From Vezdaea acicularis (taxonomy: Eukaryota): a stretch of 64,000 nt of DNA. Each line of letters starts with the position of its first letter. Position 1 is the first letter of the stretch. The notes beneath the pieces were generated by a model, which worked only from the letters and a program-made list of their open reading frames with translations, did no database searches and was not told where the DNA came from. Positions 12,420 through 23,866 of this stretch are shown here, piece by piece. A program made the position numbers and the translations under genes. Where the stretch lies: contig JAPEUI010000043.1 in the NCBI GenBank assembly GCA_026025075.1, forward strand, positions 62,001 to 126,000, read 5' to 3'.

Positions 12420-13539
12420 CTAGACGTCCATAGACGCTGCAATGTCCTCGCTGATTCCCCGTATCTCGTTCTTTCGCCTTTCCACTAGCTCTAGATCTTC
12501 TTCATCCTCGTCGTATTCATACTCATATACGTATTTACTGTGGGTGCCATTTTCGTCCATATCTTCATCATCTTCAGCCCAATCGCCCACGTCATCAGCG
12601 CGGTCCCCAAGCCAATACCTAGCCCGTTTCCTTGCGCTTGTACTGGAATCTCTGTCATATTTTGATCGGCCAGGCGTACTAAGAAGCGTACGTTCCGCTG
12701 GAGAGTGACTTATAATTGAGAGGCCGCGAAGATAGAGGTAACATACTCGCTTCTTCGTTTTGTTGAAGAAGAAGTAACTGAAACTCCATATTGCGCCCTC
12801 CTCTCCATCATACGGATCTTCCTCGGGACTATAACAGTAGATGCTACATTCCCTTAATGCCATCTCCTTGTCGATCATAGTCCACATTTTCGGACTCCAG
12901 GTCTGGCTACCGCCAGGTGTGGGCGGATCGTCGGTGGGGGATTCGTTTGACCATCGACTGGGAACAGCTAGCAAGGAATTGGCCGGTTTAGGACGAAGGT
13001 TGTATAGAGTCGTATCAATCGTGTTCATGACTGATTTCAGACTTCTCTCACGCCGGAAGTCGGTCGGGCGTAAGATATGAGAAAAATCATAATCTGGATG
13101 ACTCGCATTCAAAGTCGCGATCAGATATGCGAAAGTACGCCGACTCGAGATTTGGCTTAGAGGCCCGAACGGGCTAGACCGGGAGAGGTTGAGTGAAGTT
13201 ACCGTTGACGATCCTTCCGGTGGGGAGAGGGAGGCTGAAAGACGAACAAGTGAAGCATGCTGAGACTCCAGCGAGCTCTCGATATTCTTATAGAGCTTCT
13301 TATCACCCCCTGCGGCCTTAGTTGTATAAATATCGCATCCACCAATCACATGGCAGTCAACAGTATCGAAGTTCAACGCCGCAGTGATGTTGTCAAAGTC
13401 TTGAAGGGGAAGAAACTAGATCAGCTCATCTTGTCAGCTCATGTGTAGAATTGAGTGCGACCGTCACCATTTGCAGGCGCTGAAGCGTTTGCGCAAACTC
13501 GGATGGGTCTTTGCTCTAGGAGTGTTGACCGACCTTCAT
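12420..13539 (-). CDS. MAF1: RNA polymerase III repressor Maf1
   Basis: Micro-exon ATG AAG at 13539, then an intron, then FLPLQDFD...GGCDIYTTKAAGGDKKLYK, LIATLNASHPDYDFS and WSFSYFFFNKTKKRV, ending in an acidic tail. Confidence 0.95.
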
Positions 13540-14576
13540 AGCCGCGACAGATCAGATCAGTTTATGTATTTTGCGAGGCTTGTAGGCGTATTGAGTATTC
13601 CTAAGAGCTTAATTTCCCCCCAATATCCAGAGCAGCTCGGAGGTACGAAAGGTACTCTAGATTTGCTTGGCAACTCGGAGGATTATGAGATGCAATGTCT
13701 TTAGAGCTAAAGACTTTTGAAGGGGACAAAATCAAGGGCCTGTTCAAGCATAAGACTCTTGGCAAACGGACTCTTTGTGCTTGATGACACGTTTTTGATC
13801 TATGAGCTGAGCTGATTCGAATTTCTGCTGAAGCGAGACGGCAAACGGCTGGGCATTCTACGCTGGCGACGCAGACTGTCCAGAGATGCGCGTACAAGCC
13901 AGACGATAGACGTCTAGCAGAAGTTGTTGGAGATGAGATGACTAGACATGTTGAGATGTTGAACGCGCTGGAATGACGAGTGAGGTCGTCGTGATGGATA
14001 AAGCGGAGGTCGCTTGCGACGCTGTGCGACCGTGATTGCGAAGCGGTTCATGATTGGCTGACATTGCATCAATGATTAGTAAGCTCGTAGTAGCAGAGTA
14101 TTCTGCTAAAGCACCCAGCCCCACATGAAGGGTGCGGGGCATTATCAAAGATGGGAGGAGAGTCGGCTTCAAACAGCTCTTTGAAGATACCTTGTTTGAG
14201 AATAGCTTAGTATTGTAAAGCCTGCACCGTCTTTAGCGGTGACAGCTTGTCCATAGGTCTTTCCAGACTTGGGAAACGTTTTTGGAAATTAGGACCGTAG
14301 AAAATTGTACTGCATAATATGACAAAGGAGTAGAGGTGCTATGCATGAGTAATGTAGGCTGGAAAGCTCAACCCATTAAAGCTAAGGATTAAAGTACGCC
14401 GGCACTCCGCATGTGATTGACCACATCGTTATCGGTCTGTGCCCCGTTAGAACTCATGGTTAGCTAAGAGCGGTATAACGACCAAGTATGTCAAGATTTG
14501 ACATTGAAACTGACGGAACCCCCGCTTTAGTTATGCCATCCAAAAGAGATATGTCCAGCAATGCACGAGAATCTAG

Positions 14577-15340
14577 CTACATAATCTTGGATATAGTGTC
14601 ATCCTCGATCTGGGGGTTGGGAAAAGGCGTCAGTCCTTGCTGAAGATATTTCCAAGTGAAGAGAAGAAAATTGCAGTATGCTCAATTGAACAACTCCGGC
14701 AGCTTATATATAAGGAAATTTCCTGACGACTCAGGCACTACTCACCTCCATGTCTTCTAAGCTGTCTTGCTGGCTAATACACCGCAAGACATTCTTCTTA
14801 CTACTCTCCTGCATCTCCCCGGCTAGTAACAGCTCATCCAATATGAAATAGGCTTTCTGGAAGTTGAAGATGATGTCCAGTTCGCAAACGTTGCCGTAGT
14901 ATTTGTCCATTTGCTCAACGTAGCGGTGCACGATCTCGAGAGCAATAAGCTCGTTATCGGTCGACGAGCAACCAGCAATAAAGAATAAAGAAGCGTATCT
15001 TCTATAGACAACCTTTGAATCTATAACGGTGATTAGTGACGGGCAGGAAAGAGGTCTTAGGTAGGAACGGACCCTTGTATTCTAGAAAATTGCACATTCG
15101 AGTCCGCCGAGACAGCACCAGTTGCGAGACATCCTTGATGATCTTGGCCTTTTCTTTCGGTGAGAGGGTCGTAAACCATTTTGCTAATCGCTTTACGTTG
15201 GCCCCATTAGTACTTGCGATTGGTGAGTACGTTGTTGTGTACTCACAACCTTCCCTTGCCGTGACAGAAGGATAAGGTAGCTGCAATATCAGTTAATTTT
15301 GCACATGCTGAAGAGGTTTATATATTTACTTAATAGCCAT
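14577..15340 (-). CDS. APS1: AP-1 adaptor complex sigma subunit, multi-exon
   Basis: [19 protein letters not shown]...[24 protein letters not shown]...[23 protein letters not shown]...|[10 protein letters not shown]. Confidence 0.93.
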
Positions 15341-15780
15341 CCTGTGAAACGGAGGGCGCGCGGAGTTCGGACGCCCAATCAATTTTTTAGTCCTAAGGTA
15401 GGCTGCGTTTCGAGCTTTTTTGAAGCTCTTGATCACGTAATTGTGGGGCGGTCAAATCACAAGCCGGGGTCCCCCCACCATCGGAGGAACATTCCAACAC
15501 TGGCCATTCACGATGCACACTTTTTTTAAAGCGACGATATCGACGAAGTGTCCCGCATCTTGTATTAACACGGTTCTTCTTCCTTTCTCTTATCCTAGAC
15601 ATGAAATGACCGATCTGCTTCTCACTTTACTCCAATTCGCAATTTACATAGACTATAATACGTCCTGCAGACGGGCACTGCGTCTATTCTCTATCGGGCG
15701 GGATCTTCGCTTCTAGCTTGCAGTCAAAGAAATCGGCTTCAATGGTGCCCGACACCTCTCTCTGGTCTACACCTTTCAAG

Positions 15781-16859
15781 ATGAAGAACCTCATCTTATC
15801 GACCTCGTAGGCTCTCCTACGTCTTAACTCTCTAGTTCACTCACTTATGGAACATGTTCCAACAGGAATATCATGACGGGCGGCCCGTCCATTCGGCGCA
15901 GCGCTACGATCGCGAAATCTAATGACGAATTGACTTCGTCACTGCGCGCTAACTTCATCGCTGCCCAGAGTGAACGAGCGAGTGTGACGAACCATGTGAA
16001 TGGTCATGTCAAGCAGAAGAAACCAATCTATCGGCCTGAGGAGTGGATTGGTGTCGAAAAGAATACTCTATGGATTCCAAAGGTTGACTGGACCACCCCA
16101 ACAGGACTAGAAGAGGAGCGCAGCGAATATGACATTACACTGAAGCTATTCTATCTCCCGGGAATATCTTCACAAAAGAGATGGCAGCATGCAGATGCTG
16201 CCGTCAGGCTGGTTCTGAAAGAGCTGGGCGTCAACTCCGTTGACCTCCTTATTTTGTCATTCCCTGGAGTTTCTTTCGACTCATCGAAAGAGGCCTCAGA
16301 GGCGCTCCCCAATGGAACAAATGGAACAGCGAATGGGATTCATGAGGTCATGGACGACATGGACTCAATTGTTCACACATGGAAGCACCTCGAGAAGCTG
16401 CATGATGAGTCGATTGTGAACAACCTTGGAGTTTCCGAGTTCAGTAGCGAAAGACTGAGAAGATTCTTGCCGCTCACGAGGATAAAGCCGTCCGTTGATC
16501 AGGTCAACCTCAAGGATGCCTGTCAAGTACCAGGCCCATTGATCCGGTTTGCAAAACAAGAGGGCATAGAAGTCCTGGCTCACAATGACTGTACAAATAT
16601 ACTGCCTAAGGGCACAACCAGGGAACTGCTTGGCCCTGGCCCACAAGGCGTTGGCGTCTTCTCCGCAAACTGTGAGGAAGCGGAAGAGTACCAAGGTCTT
16701 TGGCCGGCTGTAGACATACAGCCACAATGGGTTGTAAAGTACACGGCCGTCGTTCGAAACAGAGGTATAGTCGAGAACAAGGGCTATTTCGCGGCAGCGG
16801 CTGTGAAAGGGCTCCCAGAAGAGGACACCAGTGTTGACGCAGACGGCGGCTGTTGCTGA
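15781..16859 (+). CDS. Glutamate-cysteine ligase regulatory (modifier) subunit, aldo-keto reductase fold
   Basis: MKNLILST|SNIMTGGPS across a short intron (an in-frame ATG also lies at 15742). EERSEYDITLKLF, VDLLILSFPG, LGVSEF, PSVDQVN, HNDCTNILP and PQWVVKYTAVVRNRGIVENKGY. Confidence 0.85.
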
Positions 16860-17075
16860 TGCTACCTGATCGCTGCAAACCTCTCAAGATATATTCGGCT
16901 TGGTTTTCTCATATGCATACAAATGGCGTACGGAGGACTCTTTGGTGCATTCGTTGGATATCTTCTAGCACCCCTCCAGTTAAGGGCATGTCTTGTCTCA
17001 TCTGATTGTAGATACCATTAGACCTGATACAAAGTTTATGAACCTGTGCCTTTCTTCAATAATGTCTCTCCGCAA

Positions 17076-17978
17076 TCAGCCAATCATACTCCTCTTCCTC
17101 CCCCTCAACCTCACCTCCTCCAACTTCGCCAACACCCCTCTCGCCCCCCCAAACCCATCCCTATACCCCCCCAGAACCTCCCCAAACCACTCCTCTACCC
17201 TCGGATGCGTGCTCCCAAACGCCCGCTCCAGCACATACAGATCCACTGCCCGGTCCTCATCCTGCACGCTCTGCGCCGCGAGCCCGAAATCGATTAATAC
17301 CACATCGCCCGCTAGTTTGTCCACCTCCTGTTCATTTGCTGTAAGGGCGTTCAAGCTTGGTATGGTAGGAAGAGGGAAAGGAGGGCGTAAGATCATGTTG
17401 CTGGTTGTCAAATCACCATGCACGATCCCCGCGCCATGCAACCTTCCCAATTCCCTCCCCATCCTCCCCAGGAGGGCCTTCAACGCTTGTACCCCCCCCG
17501 CCTGCTCCTCCCCCTCCCGCCCCACCCACCTCCGCGCCCACTCCCCCAATACCTCCCTCACCACAACTCCCTCGACCCACTCAACAAGCATCCAGCCCTC
17601 TTCAGCGCCCAAGGCGAGAACACCAGGAACACTAACCCCCTCGCGCCTTGCCCTGACCAGCGCGCGCGCTTCGCTGAGGATACGGTGTTTAGTCAGGCGA
17701 GCGTCGAGGGTGGGATGCCGGTAGGGCTTTGAGGGGCGGTGTTTCAGGGCGGCGGGGAGGCCGCCGAGAGAGGGGGGAAGGAGGAAGGTGGTTCGGTAGA
17801 GGAGGGCTTCGGCGCCGTGGGCGATGAGGGTGGGGGGCGTGGTGAGGTGGGCGGGGGGAAGGAGGAGGGGGGGGAGCGTTGTTGGGGGGGAGGGGTGGTG
17901 GGAGGGGGGGGCTGGTGAGGTCGGAGGTTTTGCGGGGGTGGGAGAGGAGGTTGGAGCGGGTGGAGAGGAGGAGGACAT
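17076..17978 (-). CDS. BUD32: EKC/KEOPS complex kinase Bud32 (PRPK) with a Pro-rich N-terminus
   Basis: GAEALLY, KHRPSKPYRHPTLDARLTKHRILSEAR, HGDLTTSN, LIDFGL, EDRAVDLYVLERAF and VRLRGRKRSMIG. An in-frame upstream ATG lies at 18098. Confidence 0.95.
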   Translation of the reverse strand: MSSSSPPAPTSSPTPAKPPTSPAPPSHHPSPPTTLPPLLLPPAHLTTPPTLIAHGAEALLYRTTFLLPPSLGGLPAALKHRPSKPYRHPTLDARLTKHRILSEARALVRARREGVSVPGVLALGAEEGWMLVEWVEGVVVREVLGEWARRWVGREGEEQAGGVQALKALLGRMGRELGRLHGAGIVHGDLTTSNMILRPPFPLPTIPSLNALTANEQEVDKLAGDVVLIDFGLAAQSVQDEDRAVDLYVLERAFGSTHPRVEEWFGEVLGGYRDGFGGARGVLAKLEEVRLRGRKRSMIG

Positions 17979-18402
17979 GTTTGGTGAGCGTACGGTGGTG
18001 GTAGTGGGACGGAGAGTGGGGGAGCGGGGTGTAGAGGTCGTGGTTGAGCTTAGGAGCGCATGTCGGGTTGGCGGCTTAAAGCCTAAGCTGAGCGGCATTC
18101 ATTGGCTGAGCTTGTATTGGCATTGAGAAGGTTGTGTACTTTAAGAAATTGGGTTTCTGGGGGGGCTTGATTGTAGAGGAGCATGTGTGGAGAGATTGGA
18201 GGCTCGGTCATTGGAGAGATGTAGATTTTAGCGATGGGCTATTAGAATCATTGTCGAAAACCTACAGTTGGGCTATTCGACGAACCATCCAAAATATTTG
18301 CAAGCACATATACTTAGGCACATAGCTACTGCTATCATACGTTTACTTTCATGAGGCTACTATATACTGTACACAAAGACGTGTCCCGCCGCCTCTGGTG
18401 CT

Positions 18403-21222
18403 TCATGACTCATTTTCTACATCCGGTATGCTCTTATTATCCGTCCACAGCTGAGAGAGCTTACCCAACAGCGCCCTACACAGATCCATTACCCGTCTCT
18501 CCTGCTCCAGTTTGTCCTGCTTGTCTTCCATCTTGTCGATCCACTTTGCAGAGACGGCTGAGCTCTTTAGCGTTTTGCGGAGACGGAGTGTGTCAGGCGA
18601 GCCTTCAATACCTCCTGTGCCGCGATTAAGGCGCGTAAGATATTGATCGATTGCGTAGGTTCCTAGGACGTCCAATCCAGGGGCGAGATCTGGCGCGAAG
18701 AGGCGGTTCGTCTGGTTGAGTATCGCTTGTGTCATATGCGGGTTCTCGTCGAGTTTCTGCATCGCCCGTGCGCAGTGCATCGCAAGGCGGATACCTGGGG
18801 TAGTTGCGGCTGCGCTGGCTGGTGGTAGCACCAGTGTGTCTAAGATGTTGTACTTTTTATCGGAAAGTGCTGTAGAGTATGATAGGTTTCCAAGTCTACC
18901 TGCTCGGGCAAGCAATGAACAGGCCGCGACGCCCCTCATCTGGACGAAAGATCCTGGAGGCGCAACTTTCAGAGCAAGCTTGAGAGAATCATCGTAATTC
19001 GTCTTTGACTCTTCAACGGCGGCAATCAGTGCATTGTGCACGATCAAGCTAGACCACCATGCAGCTAGGGCATCCAGTGGTGACCGGATCTTAAAATCCT
19101 CTACAACACTATCCATTCCTTCATCTGAGACCTCAGTATTCTCATTAGTCGGATTGTTCCAGGCCAGGTTGTACGCACGCTGGATGACCGGGTCCATGAG
19201 AACTTTGTCACAGTCCATTTCAAGAAGAATGGCGAGATAGTCTGGCAGTATCCCGGTATCGTTGGTTTTGCCGAACGAATGTTTTAATTGTTGACGTTGA
19301 AGGGAGCGGGCCTTGTTCCATTGCCATCGAGCAATAGCAGCAATGCCCTTCTCCAAGACGTAGTAGCCAAAGTAGCCAGCGTTTGCAACCTCCCAGAGCA
19401 AAATACGAACGTGAAGTGCTTTAAGCATCAACCGGGCTGGGCTCTCAGGTAGTGTTCCTGAAACGATCAAAAGAAGAACGAGACGGGTTTTGCTGATTTC
19501 AGCATCTCCTCCGGCCAGCAGAGCATCTATACCTATATCCCACGCCTTGACTCTCGCTATCTCGTAATCTTCAGTTGAACCTGTGAGTTGTTCATACCAG
19601 CCAGCTCCGATCGCCTGCCATAGCAAAAGTTTGGATGACTCCGAGATCAGAGCCCATGCTTCCAAGAAGATATTATGCCGTGGTACCCAGACGGTTTGGA
19701 TAGACGTGAGCCATGCTTGGCGCCGTACTTCTAAGGGTGACGCCGGAGACGGCACTTGTACTAGGTTCGCGAGGTTGATGGGGTGTGTAGGCCTCTTTCG
19801 GTAGACAAGATCGAAGATCGAAGGGAATGCAACGTATAGAAAAGCTGCAAAAAGGCAAGTTATCCTTAATAGTAATATGAACAAATGAAATCGCGTGAAA
19901 TGGTCATCGAAACTAGCCACGTCCGAGTGCCCACCCAGCCTGGTTAAGAGCTCGAAAGGGAGTCCGGACAGACCACGACTTCCTCCTTTACTACTCTTAT
20001 CGTCTGTCTCGGTGAAGCCTTCGAGCATCATGAGACTGGCTAGTGATCCAATCATGAGCTTACTAGCAAATCCACCTTGACTGTTCTGTGCTCGAGCACT
20101 ACCTCGTTGCGTAGAAGACGTCACCTCTGCGGGTGGAGCATAGTGTGCTTGTGACCTCCCTGCCGCTCTCATGCGCGCAAAATCCTCAGGAACTTTGATC
20201 ATCCCTTTAACGTCTTCATACTTGATGTCTTCGTAAGCTTCGATTTCAGCTACAGGTCTTGTCGGACTGGCCTCTCCTGGGGCTGTAGGACTCTCCTCTA
20301 TCTTCACTGGTCTTGAGGCCACTGCCACTTCCAGAGCAGCAATACGGGCCTTGAGGCTTGAATTCTCGGTCTCTAATCGTCTTGAACGACCTTCAAGGTG
20401 CCCAATGTATTCAGTCGCTTTGGATAGAACTATCCCTTTATTAAGCTTATGAGCTGGTGTCAGACCATCTAGTTCGGGCTGATCTTCTTTGTCTTCAATT
20501 CCTAATACCGATCGGGCTTTCGCTCGTAGACTCGGCACACTGTCTCGAAGCGCTGAGATCTTGTCATTGAGATTGTTGCGATACTTTTTCTCGATGACAT
20601 TATGTGCATTCTTTTTGACTGGCTTTCTCCCTCGCACCTCTTCGAGGCTCCCATCATCTTCCGAGCTAAACTTTCTTTTCCTGCCTTCAGGTTTTGTTGT
20701 AATTCCTAACGGCCGCAACCGCGTTGATTGAAACCCTTGCATGTGACTGTGGGTGGGTGGTGGCGCAGCGGGTTGCAATGTTGACTCCGAACTCTGAAGT
20801 TGGTCAGGCATAGCAGCAAAGATGGTCGAAGGGTCCTTCTCTTGTGCTTTTGCGAATGCCAAAGATGAAAAGGCTTCATCAAACGATAGGGTATGCTGGT
20901 CGTCACCATGGACGAATGGGTTGGTCTCTTTTATTTCAACCAGAGGTGACTCAGGAGATCTCGTCGATCGTTCGGCCGGTGATAGGTTAAAGCTTGATCC
21001 CTTCCTCATACTCAAGGTGTCCTCTGGGCTTGGCAAACTCGAGGGCAAACCATCATCTGTTGTCAACGTATTGTCATCGTCCCACCGCATAAGCTCCTCC
21101 CAGCTGCCGGAGGAATACTCGTCCGATATCCGTCCCTTGTCGGCAGGCGACATTCCATTATCTCTGGCCTTTTGGAAAGGGCCCTTTTCATTTGTCAATC
21201 GGTCTAGTGATAGCCCTGCCAT
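18403..21222 (-). CDS. srbA: Sterol regulatory element-binding protein (bHLH-zip plus membrane segment plus fungal C-terminal domain)
   Basis: bHLH KKNAHNVIEKKYRNNLNDKISALRDSVP carries the SREBP-diagnostic Tyr. Also KLMIGSLASLMMLEG, a TM segment, RRQAWLTSIQTVWVP, ARVKAWDI and IRSPLDALAAWWSS. The start codon is uncertain. Confidence 0.92.
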   Translation of the reverse strand: MAGLSLDRLTNEKGPFQKARDNGMSPADKGRISDEYSSGSWEELMRWDDDNTLTTDDGLPSSLPSPEDTLSMRKGSSFNLSPAERSTRSPESPLVEIKETNPFVHGDDQHTLSFDEAFSSLAFAKAQEKDPSTIFAAMPDQLQSSESTLQPAAPPPTHSHMQGFQSTRLRPLGITTKPEGRKRKFSSEDDGSLEEVRGRKPVKKNAHNVIEKKYRNNLNDKISALRDSVPSLRAKARSVLGIEDKEDQPELDGLTPAHKLNKGIVLSKATEYIGHLEGRSRRLETENSSLKARIAALEVAVASRPVKIEESPTAPGEASPTRPVAEIEAYEDIKYEDVKGMIKVPEDFARMRAAGRSQAHYAPPAEVTSSTQRGSARAQNSQGGFASKLMIGSLASLMMLEGFTETDDKSSKGGSRGLSGLPFELLTRLGGHSDVASFDDHFTRFHLFILLLRITCLFAAFLYVAFPSIFDLVYRKRPTHPINLANLVQVPSPASPLEVRRQAWLTSIQTVWVPRHNIFLEAWALISESSKLLLWQAIGAGWYEQLTGSTEDYEIARVKAWDIGIDALLAGGDAEISKTRLVLLLIVSGTLPESPARLMLKALHVRILLWEVANAGYFGYYVLEKGIAAIARWQWNKARSLQRQQLKHSFGKTNDTGILPDYLAILLEMDCDKVLMDPVIQRAYNLAWNNPTNENTEVSDEGMDSVVEDFKIRSPLDALAAWWSSLIVHNALIAAVEESKTNYDDSLKLALKVAPPGSFVQMRGVAACSLLARAGRLGNLSYSTALSDKKYNILDTLVLPPASAAATTPGIRLAMHCARAMQKLDENPHMTQAILNQTNRLFAPDLAPGLDVLGTYAIDQYLTRLNRGTGGIEGSPDTLRLRKTLKSSAVSAKWIDKMEDKQDKLEQERRVMDLCRALLGKLSQLWTDNKSIPDVENES

Positions 21223-23866
21223 AGGGGCGCTCCCGACTCGGATTTGCGCAAGGCAAGGGAGCTTGTGCGTGGTAGGTCTATCTAAAAGACTTTCGTTCAC
21301 TGAAGAAAGAAAAGTTGTCGGTTCGATAGCGAACCTTGTCTAGTGTTGGATGGCAATTGGTCACTATAAGTGGCCTAGATGCACCAAGGAGACGATGTTC
21401 CTGGTTCCTTATGAGCAGTACATCTTTGCAGGAGGTCGAAATTGTTGAAGTGAAGCAAATTCCCGAAGGTATCTATCGTCAAGGCGCCGTAAATTGTATC
21501 TACTAGCGGGTTGCATTTTCCCATTAGCAGGTGCTGACGGTTTTATATTTATCTTTGTAGTCGGGGCATATGCTTTGAGATACCGTTTATCTCTATGACC
21601 TGAGGTTGACGCGTTTTGCGATGGTCTGATGCGGCGAACCACGGAACTGAGCAGAGCCGAGGGGTACATCTTGCACAGCCTTGAGCCGAGAAATACGAAA
21701 TTATACGATCACTTCATGGCGAGAAAGAAGCACGAGTGGACTTTGTAGCTGCTGTAACCTAGATCTAAAAGTCCAAGGTCTGCGGTCAAGATAATTGAGT
21801 GAGCAACAAAGCTTGATGGGCCCAGGAACAACCTCCATGACCGTGGTGTGGCGCAGATTCACTCGGCGCCATCTAGCCTCTCGGCCTACATAAGAACGAC
21901 ATTTGAGAAACCCTTGGGTCCTAGCCAAGAAGATTCATGCTGTGGGGCAATACCCCGCACCAACGCTAGACTCTACGATGGTGGTTGACGCCCTTAAGTG
22001 GTAGCCAGCGGAGGCAAAGTCAATATAAAGTTCTCCATTGCCGCGCTGAAACCATACGAGCGACTTCTATTCGAATCAACACACCGAGTCTACGAGCCTA
22101 CAAGTAGCATAGACAGCGTAGAGTAATCCTGATCCTGACTGCACGGACTGGTCACGGTCTCACTTGAAGTTTGGCTGAAGTGTCTGAATGTCCTTGAAGA
22201 CTTCTTCATGACGACGAGGGTTTCTACGGAGGCTTTGGGGCTGTGGGTGACATTCCGATGTTCGGAGCAAAGATGTCCGAGGTGAAGATGACTCCGCTGG
22301 ACCCTTTTCTCTCGTGTATTCATGCGTCAGGAGCCGCGCGTTCTCACATGCGCGGTGGAATGGCGGATGAGACGATCATTCGAGACGAATGTCTCTGAGC
22401 CCTCTCTGCGTGCCACTCGCAGGTGCAGGATTGAGATCAGAGCCTCGATTCCATTTAAGCCATCCTCCCGTTGCATAGTTTACCAGGAAGCAGCCGCCGC
22501 TGTCCACAGGTCGTGGTGTCCTTTGCGTCTGACATTTTTTTGAATGCTGGGCTACGTCATAGCGTGATATCGCGAAATTTCGGGGCAGTCGCAGTTGCCC
22601 TTTCCCAGGCTGGACGGGACGAAGCGCTTCAGGGCTTCCTCGAAGTTATCTCGTCGCAGCTGCAGCTTTGCAAAGTTTAGTTTACAGAACGTATATCAGA
22701 GCGCTGATCGTGGTAACGTCGATCTCTGAAAATTTTTGAGAGGGAGAGCGGCATTCGGGGGGCCTCCTGCTTGTGCGTTCTGCAACCTGCATTCCGCATT
22801 CTGCAAGCGCGACCCGAGATCTACGTGCGCGAACGGTATACTGCTCGGCCGCCCGGCCACAGAGGACGAGGGCGGGAGAGGAAAGAGCACACTCAGACCG
22901 CACTGCCCTTCACATCAGAAGCAGCACACCATCTTCCTTCCCTCTCCTTCTCCCTATTTCACGTCTCACACCGTCCTTAATATTGGAGGCGCAGCCCTGT
23001 CAACGCACGCACCTAGAGTTTTGCAAAAGCTGATGCCGTTTCCCACGTCCGGTCTCTCTTTTGCTTCTTCTCCATCTCTTTTTACGACTGCATGTTCACC
23101 AGTCCTCCTCAATACAGTTGGCCTACGGCAAATCTGATCATACCGCCTGACTCAGGGTCCAGGTCTGGAGTCCAAGGCCAGTGGTGTACTCGAGAAAACT
23201 TGGCGGGCATCCCCGCCACCTGCGGTCCGTTTCCGCTCGCTTTAACGCTGGTCGAGGAATTTGGTGGGCTAATTTGCAAGTAGGAGACAGAAAACGGACG
23301 ACGTACGGAAGACGCTCGACCAGGGTGCGGTGCACGAGTCCACGATCGAGCAAGTGGAACCGCGTGAGAAGCTAAAGGAGCCGGTGAGCATTCCCATGGT
23401 GGGGGGTCCATCTCGATCTCGTTCCAGTACCCCGCGAATATTTCCTCGGTGAGCCACGTTGCACCGAAACGCCTCCGCCAGAGTCACTCGACTTCCTGGA
23501 GACGACTTCTTCGTAGCATGGAGTCAATGCTCTGGCACTTGCCGGTCGTTACACGGCATGAGCACGAAGTTCTCTCCAGGAGGTCACGGCACCATCTGGA
23601 TCCAAGCTGAGCGTTCGTAACATGCGATGAGCAGTTAAGGCTAATCTGCTCCAGAATCCAGTCACAACCGCCGCTGCACACCACGGCACCAGCGTCGCCT
23701 TTTCGTTCGTCCGCTCTCCTGCCGCCACTCACCTCGCGTTTCGAGCGAACCGCTTACGCCGAGCTTCTAGCTCTCTCTACTGGCTGGACTCTCCCCTGCC
23801 TCTTCAGCACCGTCACGAGATCTTTTGGGAATAGGACTAGGTCCGAACGAGAAGAAGCTTGCTACA

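Noticed and set aside
16993..17724. 243-aa plus-strand ORF and others overlapping BUD32
   Set aside because: Antisense shadows caused by extreme GC/skew bias that removes stop codons.
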